Assembly: GCF_006345805.1 (NCBI RefSeq)
Contig: NC_042997.1
Coordinates: 76,136,001 to 76,200,000 of the forward strand
Direction: 5' to 3'
DNA: 64,000 nt
From: Octopus sinensis
Taxonomy: Eukaryota
Below are positions 52,372 to 64,000 of this stretch, in pieces (position 1 is the stretch's first letter; the number at the start of each line of letters is the position of its first letter). Position numbers and translations under genes: made by a program. Under the pieces are notes generated by a model. The model was not told where the DNA came from, ran no database searches, and worked only from the letters and a program-made list of their open reading frames with translations.

Positions 52372-52554
52372 TATATATGTATATATATATACAGAGACAT
52401 ATGTATACATACATATATATACATATATATATATAGATAGATATAGATAGATATGTGTATATATATAAATACATATATATATGTATATATATATATACAT
52501 ATACACGTATATATGTATACATATATATACATATATTTATATATATATATATAT

Positions 52555-52885
52555 GAAATTAGAAAAAAAAACGCCTGCTATCAATTCAAAATGAACAATT
52601 AAATTACACCATCTAGAAAATTATATATAATAGAAAAATTAAAATTAAAATAACAATAACATGTCAATGATTAAGTAAATTGAAAAAAAAATAATAATAG
52701 AAATGTATATAATTATATATGTATATAATTATATACGTTTTTATTATTATTTTTTTTGGCAATTTACTTAATCATTGACATTTTATTATTTTTATTTTAA
52801 TATTTCTATTACATGTAATTTTCTAGATGGTGTAATTTAATTGTTCATTTTCAATTGATAGAAGGTGGGTCTTTTTCTAATTTTT
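52555..52885. repeat. AT-rich inverted repeat (hairpin) with ~130-bp arms
   Basis: CTATCAATTCAAAATGAACAATTAAATTACACCATCTAGAAAATT.. mirrors ..AATTTTCTAGATGGTGTAATTTAATTGTTCATTTTCAATTGATAG; related to 45130-45200 beside a Penelope element. Confidence 0.8.
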
Positions 52886-52994
52886 TATATATATTATATT
52901 GTGTGAAATTTGATTTAGTATTTCCAAATTGAATTTTTTTTTTCCTTATAAGTTTGGATTTTATTCCCTCAAATAATAATTATATATATATATA

Positions 52995-53041
<47 letters not shown>

Positions 53042-53043
<2 letters not shown>

Positions 53044-53606
53044 TACAAAATTAGAGAATGGAGAAACATACTTAAATCAATAAAACATCAACTATCCGAT
53101 GATACCCAATCAATACTTTAATACACCATTACATATGAGTAAAGGCATTATACAAAATGAGATATACAGTAATAGTAAAAAGATAAAGAGATATAAGTAA
53201 AAAATTTTCAAATATAATATGCAATTAAATCAAAACTGACAGCTGTTTCGGCAGTGAGGGCAGTCATACCTCATTTAACCTCTAAGTCATAAAGGCAGGT
53301 ATAAATGAGGCATTAACAAGGATGCCCCACGGCCTCTTCAGAGAATTAAATTAAATTTGTTATAATTGTGAAAAATATAATATAACCATATACATATAAA
53401 TATAAAAATATAAAAATGTAAAATATAAAAATATAAAAACTTATACATCATAATGCTACACTTATATAATATAATACTTATTGGTACAATAAAGGAACTT
53501 CCTTTATGGTGTATTAAATGGTGTATTAAAGTATTGATTGGGTATCATCAGATAGTTGATGTTTTATTGATTTAAGTATGTTTCTCCATTCTCTAATTTT
53601 GTAGTA
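53042..53606. repeat. Inverted repeats (53042-53128 / 53518-53606) enclosing a hammerhead motif
   Basis: TACTACAAAATTAGAGAATGGAGAAACATAC..TTTAATACACC and its reverse complement. Confidence 0.85.
53232..53347 (-). ncRNA. Hammerhead-like motif with long extended stem II
   Basis: AATTCT-CTGAAGA-GGC..(GTGGGGCA/TGCCCTCAC; CCTCATTT/AAATGAGG)..GCC-GAAA-CAGCTG-TC-AGTTTT; GUC triplet, weak stem I. Confidence 0.6.
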
Positions 53607-53767
53607 TTAATTTACGGTAATATTATTACCTTTACCCATATAATACAATAGATGAACTGATTGTTTGACAATTTTTAACATCTATGTATTAATCTTGTTG
53701 GGTACCTATCTGGCAGTATATTGGATATATATTATCCCATGGTGGGTTGAATTTTCAACCCCTATCT

Positions 53768-53817
<50 letters not shown>

Positions 53818-53827
53818 GTAGATATTT

Positions 53828-55445
53828 TAAAACTTTTGCCTCATGTGGTCTCTTTCATTTGCAAGGCCCACAAAGTAACCACTGATCCTGTAGAGGGACC
53901 ACGAACAAGACCAGTCTGTGGAGCAAATATTGTTAGCAACTACAGGATCTCCTACTTCCTCTCAATGATCATATGCCCCATAATCCTGATGTCACCTTAT
54001 GTTTGTGACAGCACGGAAGATCTCCTCGGCAGGATCAATGACTGTAACAACACTTGCAACCTGACAGGATGTATAGTGGGTAGCATGGATGTGGTATGCC
54101 TATACCCATCAATCGACGCGGATTTTGCGGTAGAGAAATGCGTGGAGATGATCAATGAGAGCAAGGTGGAGTTCCGCAATGTCAACACAGAGGAACTGGG
54201 CCTCCTACTTAGACTGACATATGACAATGTATACCTAGATAAACACGACCTTAATAGTTTCTGCCCTAGTAGACATTTAAGAGGTAGACCGCCCACAATT
54301 ACTTCTATGGCTAGGAAGACCCATATAGACAGATGGAGCAGATGGACCAGAGCCATACGAAGCCCCACAAATATCCATCAGGTAAAGAAAATAATCACGC
54401 ATGCACTAGGAGCTAGTATAAGAGTTACCCTAAAAGGCCACATGTTTAAGTTTAACAATAAAATATATGCCCAGGACAAGGGGGCAGCCATCAGCATTAG
54501 TATCGCCGGTGATGTGGCCAACCTTTTCATGGTATGGTGGGACAGAAGGCTTAAGGAATGCCTAACACAGAACTCCATACTCGTACTCTCGCTATGCTGA
54601 TGATATCAACATAGTCGTAAAGGCACCCCCACAAGAGAGTACTGTTGAAATAGAAATAGAAACTAATACTATGGAGAGCATCCAGCAGATAGCTAACTTC
54701 ATCCACCAGAGTATTAAGGTCACGATAGACTACCCTACTAAATACCCTAACCATAGACTACCAATACTAGAAACTCTGGCTGGAAACTGAGAATAATAAA
54801 ACCTGAATCCTTCATTCATACTATGCCAAACTTATGGCCTCCAAATACTTGATCCACCGGAACTCAGCTATTGCGGACAATGCCGAATTCAATATTTTGA
54901 TGGCAGACCTCATCAGAATAATGCAAAATGTGTCCCACATGTGTGAGCCTACAGAGTTAAAGAGACACATACAACATTTCGTTCACCGCATGCAGTTCTC
55001 AGGTTACAGCCATAAAGAAAGGATTAGAGTATACAAAGGAGCCATGAAGAAATTTGATACTATCATGATAAGAATGGGATTTGCCCACCCTATAGGAGCA
55101 AGTCATGGAACACTATTGAAAGGACTAAGAAGAAAATAGGGAAGGCCAACTCTTGGTATGATAGCCACAAATACCAGAGTGTCATGTCCATCGACACCAC
55201 CCCTAGAGGCGAACTGGCGTACCACTTTAGAATGGCCCTGGACAAACTTAAGCTAAGGATTAAGGTTGTTGAAAGGCCAGGCAACCCTATCAAATCCCTA
55301 ATCGGTAGAACCTACATTTTTAGTAGAACCCCCTGCACAGGAACTGCACTGTGTGTAGATTTAGCTCACAAACAGACTGTAAAGCCAGAAATGTAGTCTA
55401 TAGTATAAGATGTACAGAGGGATGATGCAGTAACAAGACAATATA
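53828..55445 (+). mobile_element. Penelope-like element, partial RT to start of GIY-YIG
   Basis: GSMDVVCLYPSID, GAAISISIAGDVANLFMVWWD, (Y)ADD region, IKVVERPG, NVVYSIRC; TTTGCCTCATGTGGTCTCTTTCATT repeated at ~53835 and ~55657. Confidence 0.88.
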
Positions 55446-56189
55446 ATTTTAATTTCATCTCTTATAATTTCGTTAAGTTAATTACTCGTTTCTCTCCCTG
55501 TTTAATCTTCTCTTTATTACCATATCTCGTCCTGTTATCCCCAAGCAAACTTTGCTTGTTCGCTTCCCAGCCCCTTCAATTTAATTCTATCACCATATTT
55601 TCGTCTCTGTCCCCAAACTAAACTCGCTTCAGGTTGCAGCTTATCTATTTAAAAAATTTGCCTCATGTGGTCTCTTTCATTCCTTTGCCAAACGATGTCC
55701 AAGAAGCTAAGCTAAGATTCTTTCTTTCCTTCTCATGTTCCACCCCTGGTTTGCATTCACCATTAATACCTTAAATGTTTTACTTACTAACAACTTGTTA
55801 TTTGTTTTTTTTTCCTTGAGCTAATCATTGGAAATGTCCCTTCAAAATATGGTTTTAATTCCATCTCTTAGAATTTTGTTAAGTTAATTACTCGTTTTCC
55901 CCCTGTTTCATCTCATCTTTATTACCATATCTGTTCTGCTGTACCCAAACAAAACTTTGCTTGTTTGCAGTGCACCTGCCCTTTCCCACCCCCACCACCA
56001 ATACCGGATATCTCTTTTGTATTGTCCCACCATCTACACCAGATATCCCTTCTCCCACCACCATAACAGGTGTCTATTCTCACACATGCTTCACTGACTA
56101 TCTTATGTTCTTTTCTGACTAGAAATTTGTCACCACCCCTTCCAGTTATCTCTTTTCCCAATCCCCCCTCCTTCACTGGTGCTGTTCCC

Positions 56190-56405
56190 TATATTCCTGC
56201 ACTCTCTCTTAGCTCTCTCCCTCTCCTTCTCTATATCTCTCCCCCCTCTTTCTTTATCTCTCTCCCTCTCTTTCTCTATCTCTCTCCCTCTCTTTCTCCC
56301 TCTTTCTCTGTCTCTCTCCCTCTCTTTCTCTATCTCTCTCTTTCCCTATCTCTCTCTATCTCTCTCCCTCTCATTATCTCTCCCCTCTCTTTCTCTATCT
56401 CTATC
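56190..56405. repeat. Polypyrimidine (CT-rich) minisatellite
   Basis: About 215 bp of CTCTCTCCCT/CTCTTTCTCTAT units. Confidence 0.85.
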
Positions 56406-56689
56406 TCTCAGGTATCGTCCCACCTACTTAACTGGCTATCTTTCGTTCCATTTTCATTCTGTACAGAAACACGCCAACCACTACCCAGGAATTTTCCTTG
56501 GCCTTATGAAATGAAGGAGCAAGCTATTAGGCTGTCCATGTGTACTTATTTCTGTGTGTGGGTGTGCTTGTGTATATATAGGAATGGGCTTGTTTCCTCT
56601 CTCTGTCTGAACCCATCCCCGCTGGTGATAACTTCCATTGTTCCTGCAATCCCCCTCTGCCTGGGCAATGCAACCAGTTTCAGTTGACA

Positions 56690-59600
56690 CCCTCCTCACC
56701 TAACATTGGAATATCCATATTTTGCCAATTTGCTACACTGCTTGAATCTGCATCATTCATGATCATAATACTTATGCTTACAACGCTGCTAACACCAGCT
56801 CCTACCTCCAGTAGGGGCAACATTCTTAACATGCTTGAATGTTGTCAGGTCGGAACAGACCTAACAGGCAAGGCACATATATACAAATTCTTCTGGCAAG
56901 GTAACATGGATGGTGTACAGGGTGTAAGCATTCTCTTCTCAGAGAAATGGGTGAATAAGGTTATAGAGTTTGTTAGGGTTTGCGATAGAGTGCTTAAGCT
57001 TAGGCTAGTCCTGCAGAATAGCACAGCTACTATCATCTCCGCCTACGCCCCACATGTGGGGCTACAAAATGATCAGAAGGACCACTTTTATGACACCCTC
57101 ATACAGGCTACCTCAAAGATGAGTGGCAATGATCTCATCTTTACAGCAGGAGACTTTAATGGGCATGTTGGGTGGGAAGCAGGTATCATCAATGGGTTAC
57201 ACAGTGGCCATGGTATTGGCACCCGAAACGATAAGGAAACCAGGCTACTGGAGTTCTGTGATGCATGTAACCTTTTAATCTGCAACACTAACTTCAGGAA
57301 GCCAGACAGCCACCTTACAACCTATCAATCAGGGGACTCTGCCAGACAGATTGATTTCATCCTCACCAGACAGCGGGATGCAGGGTTGCTCTTAAATACA
57401 AAAACCCTCCCGGGTAAAGAATGTAACCCCCGACATAGGTTAGTCATTAGTGACTTTAGTCTCAAGGCCAGAAGAAGCAGACCAATCAATAAAAGAAAGA
57501 TTTGGAAGCTAAAGAACTCTTCACATGGTCAGAGATTTAGGAACATCCTCATCAAGAAATTTGAGGAGAGGGATGAGGAGCTACAGGCATTGGACATAGA
57601 AGGTAGCTGGAAATTCCTATGGGACAGCTTGCTGAGTGCCACAGACCAAGTCAGTGGCTGGTACAAAGTCTCTTACAGACCTAAAGTTATGTGGTGGTGG
57701 AATAGTATGTTAGACAAAGCCATTAGGGCAAAGAAACAGGCCTGGAAAGCTTAGAAGGATGGAGGTAGCAGGGAACTGTACCAGGTAGCCAAAAGGGAGG
57801 CTGGGCGGCAGGTATACATAGCCAAGAGCGAAGCAGAAAAGAGGTTTGCCAATGTCCAGCGACGTCAGGACCAAAGAACTGAGGTATTTCAGATCACAAA
57901 ACAGTGTGTGAGAGAAAATTTTGATGTCACAGGAGAGAAATGTGTTCAAATGGATGATGGTGCCCCTGCTTTTAATGATTCTGAAAAGAAAGGGTCTTGG
58001 AGAAGCCATTATGAAAGACTGCTGAATGTGGAGAATGAATGGGAGGAGGAGAGCCTGCCAAATGTTGACCCAGTAGAAGGACAGGCTATCTGTATAGACA
58101 GCTCCCTAGTAGATAAAGCAATTAAGGGTATGAAGCCAGGAAAAGACCTCAGCCCATCAGGAATCACTGCTAAGATGCTTAAAATATCTGGTGCTGTGGG
58201 CTACGGCCTAGTCACCCGCATTGTAAACCAGGTTTTTCATGATGGAGTCATACCCAACGACTAGCGTAGCAGCACCATAGTTAATTGTTACAAGGGTAAA
58301 GGTGATGCTCTAGATAGAAATAACTACAGGGGTATCAAAGTGCTGGATCAGGTAATGAAGGTCACAGGGAGGGTCATCAGGAAGAGAGTTTGCTTAGATG
58401 AGATGCAGTTGGTTTTGTGCCGAGTAGAAGCACAACTGATGCCATATTCCTGGTTCGACAACAGCAGGAGAAATACCTAGCCAAAGATAAACCCCTATAC
58501 TTAGCTTTTGTGGACTTGGAGAAAGCCTTTGACAGGGCCCCCAGATCCCTAATCTGGTGGGCGATGCAGAAACTGGAGATTGGTGAATGGTTAATAAGGG
58601 CTGTGCGGGCCCTTTACAGGGAGACTGTTAATAAGATTAGGATTGGCAATGAGTACAGTGAAGAATTTTGGGTAGAAGTTGGCGTCCACCAAGGCTCAGC
58701 CCTCAGTTGCCTTCTATTCATCATAGTCCTCCAGGCAATAATAAAGGAATTCAAGACGGGTTGCCACTGGGAGCTTCTCTATGCTGATGACCTAGCCCTC
58801 ATAGCAGAATCACTACCGGAACTAGAGAAGAAATTTCGTGTGTGGAAGCTAGGTTTAGAATCAAAAGGCCTTAGAGTCAATATAGCAAAGACCAAAGTTC
58901 GAGTAAGTAGGAAGGCAAACTCACCACACACCTCTTCAGGTAGGTGGCCCTACTCAATCTGTATAAAAGGTGTAGGTAGAAACTCCATAAGATGCACCCA
59001 ATGTAAGCTATGGACACATAAGAGGTGCAGCAACATCAAAAGAAAATTAACCGAGAAGATAGCTTTCGTGTGCGGCAGATGCACAGGGGCAATAGACACC
59101 ATTGATACTCAGAAAACAGATTCCATTACAATCCTGGGGGAGAAACTAGAAGTAGTTCATAGTTTCCACTACCTAGGTGACCAATTTAGTAGTGGGTGTG
59201 GATGCTCAGAGAGTGTCACCACTAGAATAAGAATAGCCTGGGCAAAGTTTAGAAAGTTTCTTCCCCTACTAGCGACAAAGGGTCTCTCACTCACAGTGAA
59301 AGGTAGATTGTATGTGTGCGAACTGCAATGCTTCACAACAGTGAAACATGGGCTGTGACTGTGGAGGACATGCGTAGGTTCGAAAGAAATGAAGCTAGCA
59401 TGATCCGCTGGATGTGTAATGTCAGTGTCCATGCATGACAGAGTGTAAGCGCCCTGAGAGAAATGTTAGACATAAGAAGCATCGGATGCAGCATGCAGGA
59501 GAGTATGGTCATGTACTACGGATGGATGAGGAGAGATGTGTGAAGAAGTGCCACTCCCAAACTGTTGAAGGAATCCAGGGTAGAGGTAGACCCAGGAAGA

Positions 59601-60380
59601 CATGGGACGAGGTGGTCATGACCTTTGTACGTTGCGCCTCACAGAGGCTATGATGTAAGACTGAGACCTCTGGAGATATGCTGTCAGTTCGAAGACCCGA
59701 CAAATGCAGTGAGTTCATAGCTCACAGGACGGCCTGCTGTGCTAACCTTGGATCATAGAGGATGGCCTGCTGTGCTTGAGGAGATCTATTGTGTCAAATT
59801 CATCAACATCAAAATAAAAATTGTATGGATATTGTAGTTGTGATACCCATGGCGGTGGCACATAGGGTCTCACAGAGGAAATGATGAAGGCCGAGACGTC
59901 TGAGATATACTGTGACTGTGAAGAGCCGACAAATGAAGTGAGTTTGTGGCTCGTAGGACGGTCTGCTGTACTAACCTTGAATCGTAGAGTGACCCACAGT
60001 TCTTGAGGAGACCTATTGAGTCAAGTATGCCAACACCAACATCAAAATGAAAATCAAATGGAAATTGTTAAGATACCCGTGCTGGTGACACATAAAAAGC
60101 ACAGCCTGAACATGGCAGACGGCAGTGCCGCCTGACTGGCATCCGTGTCGGTGACACGTAAAAGCACCAACCGGTCATGGCTGTTTGCCAGCCACATCTG
60201 GCACGTAAAAAGCACCCACTACACTCACGGAGTGGTTGGTGTTAGGAAGGGCATCAAGCAGTAGAAACACTGCCAGATCAGACTGGAGCCTGGTGCAGCC
60301 TCCTGGCTTCCCAGACCCCAGTCGAACCATCCAACCCATGCTAGCATGGAAAACGGATGTTAAACGATGATGATGATGAT
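56690..60380 (+). mobile_element. Near-full-length RTE LINE
   Basis: APE ORF 56684-57754 (ISAYAP, GDFNGH, QIDFIL, HRLVI), RT pieces 57908-59358, duplicated 3' block, (GAT)n tail. Start coordinate is approximate. Confidence 0.92.
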
Positions 60381-60396
60381 GACACACACACACTAC

Positions 60397-60445
<49 letters not shown>

Positions 60446-60751
60446 ATATAATAATAATAATATTAGGGAAAAATTAGATTTAGGATTAAATCAAATTTCA
60501 CAGTATAAATATATAAAATATGAGAGATAAAACTACTATTAGGCAACTCAAACAGTGATAGACGTAAACCAATACATAAATGACAAAAAATACAAATATA
60601 ATTAATATAGTATATAATATATATATAAAATATAAAATTCAAAAATTAAAATTTTTTTAAAACCAAAAGTATAAAAAGAATGATAAATATAATATAATAG
60701 TAAAAACACTACATACGTTTCATGGCTATAATTTGAATTACAATTCATCTC

Positions 60752-61046
60752 TAAATCATAAAAGCATCATCCGTTCGTGGCTGTTGCCAGCCTCGCCTGG
60801 CCTCTGTGCCGGTGGCACGTAAAAAGCACCATCCGTCCGTGGCCGTTTGCCAGCTCCGTCTGGCACCTGTGCGGGTAGCACGTAAAAAGCACCCACTACA
60901 CTCACGGAGTGGTTGGTGTTAGGAAGGGCATCCAGCCGTAGAAACACTGCCAGATCAGACTGGGCCTGATGCAGCCTTCTGGCTTCACAGACCCCAGTTG
61001 AACCGTCCAACCCATGCTAGCATGGAAAGCGGACGCTAGATGATGA
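60752..61046 (+). mobile_element. RTE LINE 3' tail with 2-3 tandem units
   Basis: GTGCCGGTGGCACGTAAAAAGCACC units, GGAAGGGCATCC core, CCATGCTAGCATGG and GAT tail. Confidence 0.85.
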
Positions 61047-61052
61047 TAATTG

Positions 61053-61123
<71 letters not shown>

Positions 61124-61343
61124 GTGTGTGTGTGTGTATGTATGTATGTATATATATATAAACGTTGGACCTATTGTTTATTGTGTTTATGTATTTATAC
61201 ACATGTAAAAGTATATATACTCTGCTTATGTATGTATACATGTATATGTGTAAGTGTATATGGATATTTGTTCATATTTTTATATATATTAAATTATACG
61301 TGTATCCTGTTTCATGTATTAATATTTTTAAGGTTCTTTATAA

Positions 61344-61470
61344 TCTTTGACGAGGCCTATAGTTATATATAAGTACCCTAATTTTAAATGCCTACAACCT
61401 CAATATAATTGACAACTATAGGCACTGAAAAAAAAATACTTTGATCCATAGGCTGAAACAGCTGTAAAGA
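61344..61470 (+). ncRNA. Degenerate hammerhead-like motif (C3 missing)
   Basis: TCTT-[C]TGACGA-GGCCTAT..ATAGGCT-GAAA-CAGCTG-TA-AAGA. Confidence 0.45.
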
Positions 61471-62029
61471 GCGATTTTAATGATTTCAATAATTTATATT
61501 ATGATTTTTATAATTGTATTTTTATCTTCTATGTATTGAATTATAATGTATGCTATTAAGGTTCTCATTTTTGTTAAATGAATAAATAATTCAACATTCT
61601 AATATCCGAAAGCTGATGAATCAACTAAATTGTTTCTCCATTTTCTTATTTGTATTATAAATTAATGGTAAAATATTTCTTTACCTTCATCCGTTTAATA
61701 CAATAAATAAGTTAATTGCATTGCAATTAAAAACATTTGTGTATTAAGAATTTGGGTATTATACCAACAGTATATTGGATAAATATTATCCCTTAGTGGG
61801 TCGGATCCATAACCCCTAACTTACTTGGTATTATATATATATATATATAGATAGATAGATATAGATACACACACACACACACAGATATATATATTCATAT
61901 AAATATATACATATATATACACATATATATACATATATAAATACACACACATATATATACATTTTTTTTTTTAAGTTTCAGCTCAGAGCTGCGGCCATGC
62001 TGATGCACTGCCGTTTTGCTACACTGTTA

Positions 62030-64000
62030 TTACTAGGAGCCTCCTCTAATATGTGGCACTTGATGAAGAATGGAGTTTGATATAGCTACCCTCATTTGCA
62101 CCTCTTGCCGTGATGTAGGCTCATCTGGGACTCTCGACAGGAAGAGGTCCAGCTTTGATAAAAAAAACCTACATCTACTTTGTGCAAGTTCCTCAGATTC
62201 TTTGGGAGAATATTAAAAAGCTGTGGGCCCTTGAAACCCAGGCTGTTGCAGTAACTGGTCCTGAAGCGTGATGGCATTGCTGGGATCTTTGGCACCATGC
62301 AGTGTCATCACGTTCTGGCATTGGTGTAGCTTTCAATGCCAAAATTTGGCACAATTCCTTCCAGGATCTTCCAGATATATATTACTGCATACTTCTCCCA
62401 TCTTCTCTCCAGGGAGTAGAGTCTTTCCCAGTAGCTGAGCTGTTGCAGAGAGACAATCTTCTTTGTGAATCTTCTCTGGATTGCTTCAAGGTCTGCTGGT
62501 GGGTGACCATAGCTGTGAGCAGTAATCCAGGCGGCTGAGGACGAATGTCCGCCAGAGGATCATCATGGTTTCCTTATCTCTGGTTCTGAATGTTCTTAGG
62601 ATCCACCCAGCCAGTCATCTGCACTTTGTCGCCATCCTGGTAATGTGCACTTGGAAAGAGGTATCATCACTCATGTCGATACCCAGGTCCCTCAGTGACT
62701 TAGGCTCTGGGATTGAAATTCCCTGTGGACAGGTGTACCCTGTAGGTTTAATATTCAGTTTTGGATGCTGGTAGTGCAGGGCCTGGAATTTTTTAGCATT
62801 AAACTGCATATTATTATCCTCAGCCCATCTGTAAATTGAGTCCAAATCCTGCTGCAGGTGTGCAACATTGCTGGGGTTCTGTATTTTCTGCGAGACTTTC
62901 GTATCATCTGCATAGCTTGCCAGAGTGGCTATCTGGGCATTTGAGGGCATATCTGAGAGGGCCACTATAAAAAGCAGTGGTCCCAAGACAGTGCCCTGTG
63001 GAACAACGCTCACTACTTGTGTGTTCATAGAGGTGGCTCCATTAGCCACTACTGCCTGACTCCTATTTTTCAGGAAGTCATGTAACCGCATTCCAAGTTT
63101 TCCAGCTATGCCGATGTCACGCAGTTTGTGGCATATCATACCATGATACACTTTGTCAAAAGCTTTTGCAAAATCATGGTATATTACATCCACATTTGAT
63201 TTGTTGAGTAACTACCTCAACACCCAGTCATAATGCTGTAAGAGCTATGTCAGGCAGCTCCTACCTGGTCGAAAACCATGTTGGGTATCACTCAGCAAGT
63301 TATTTTTTTCAAGGAATGCGATTAGTTTCCCTCTGACTATCCATTCCATGACTTTGCTGATGTGTGAAGTCAGAGAGATAGGCCTATAGTTTTTGGCATC
63401 TGCTCTACTTCCCACTTTATGTATTGGGCATATTATTCACTCCTTCAGCTTGCTTGGCAGTTTGCCATTTGTAAGAAAGCTCTGGAAGAGAATCTTGAGG
63501 GAGTTTTGCCAAAGCATGTTTACATGATTTGAAGAGGATTGCTGGGAAACCATCAGGACCAGCAGTTGAGTTTGTGTCCACTTCATCTATGGCTAGTAGT
63601 ACATCTTCTTCGCTAATGTCAATGTTTTCTATTGTAACTGCCTCGCTGGTTATAGGTGAGGTGGCAAAGAAGTCCACTAGTTCGTTCACGTGTCTGTGTT
63701 CCAACGGGGTGGTAAAGACACTTTTGAACTGGTCATTCAGTATCTCACTGATCTTAGTTGGACTGTCTGTGAGAGAGTCATCCTTTTGGAGGAGGGGTCC
63801 TATCTTGTAGAGCACTGAGGCTGTTTCTTTCGCGTAATGGGTTTGACTTAATGTTTTTTATAACCCAGGCGTCTTTGTCTGCTCTCTCCCTCACATAGGA
63901 TTGTTGCAGCCTTTTTTCGATCTCTATCAGCATTGTTTTTAGGTGGGACGTTTCGCTACTTTTGGGATGCTGGTTGAGTCGATTTGCAACCTTCATCCGT
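62030..64000 (-). mobile_element. CR1/L2-group LINE (continues beyond the window)
   Basis: RT motifs DFAKAFD, VPQGTVLGPLLF and YADD; same family as 42010-43975. Confidence 0.9.

Noticed and set aside
60705-60752. Hammerhead 3' half GAAA-CG-TA-TGTAG on the minus strand
   Set aside because: The CUGAUGA box and stem I 5' strand are missing or degenerate.

Overview
Eukaryotic, AT-rich, repeat-saturated window. Abundant RTE LINEs with (GAT)n tails, Penelope-like elements, tRNA-SINEs and long (TA)n/(CA)n tracts suggest an octopus/cephalopod genome; this is inferred from repeat style, not a database hit. The only host-gene sequence I can support is one 101-nt coding exon of EDEM3 on the minus strand (21655-21755) and a decayed partial duplicate about 1.2 kb away. 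The rest is a nested transposon landscape: two piggyBac copies, a 6.7-kb hAT element with an 8-bp TSD, three mariner-type elements, two Helitrons, five RTE LINEs plus isolated tails, three CR1/L2-group LINE pieces, R4/Dong-type relics, four Penelope-like ORF relics and a gypsy fragment. No transposon ORF is intact. The most interesting signals are RNA-structural. (1) Eight hammerhead-ribozyme-like motifs fall in several families, six of them in inverted pairs, including one in the tail of a tRNA-headed SINE and a canonical one closing a ~4.8-kb spacer-less palindrome. (2) A compact H-type-pseudoknot-like motif with compensatory changes is tandemly arrayed in the RTE 3' UTR. All alignments and foldings were done by eye; no ribozyme activity is demonstrated.
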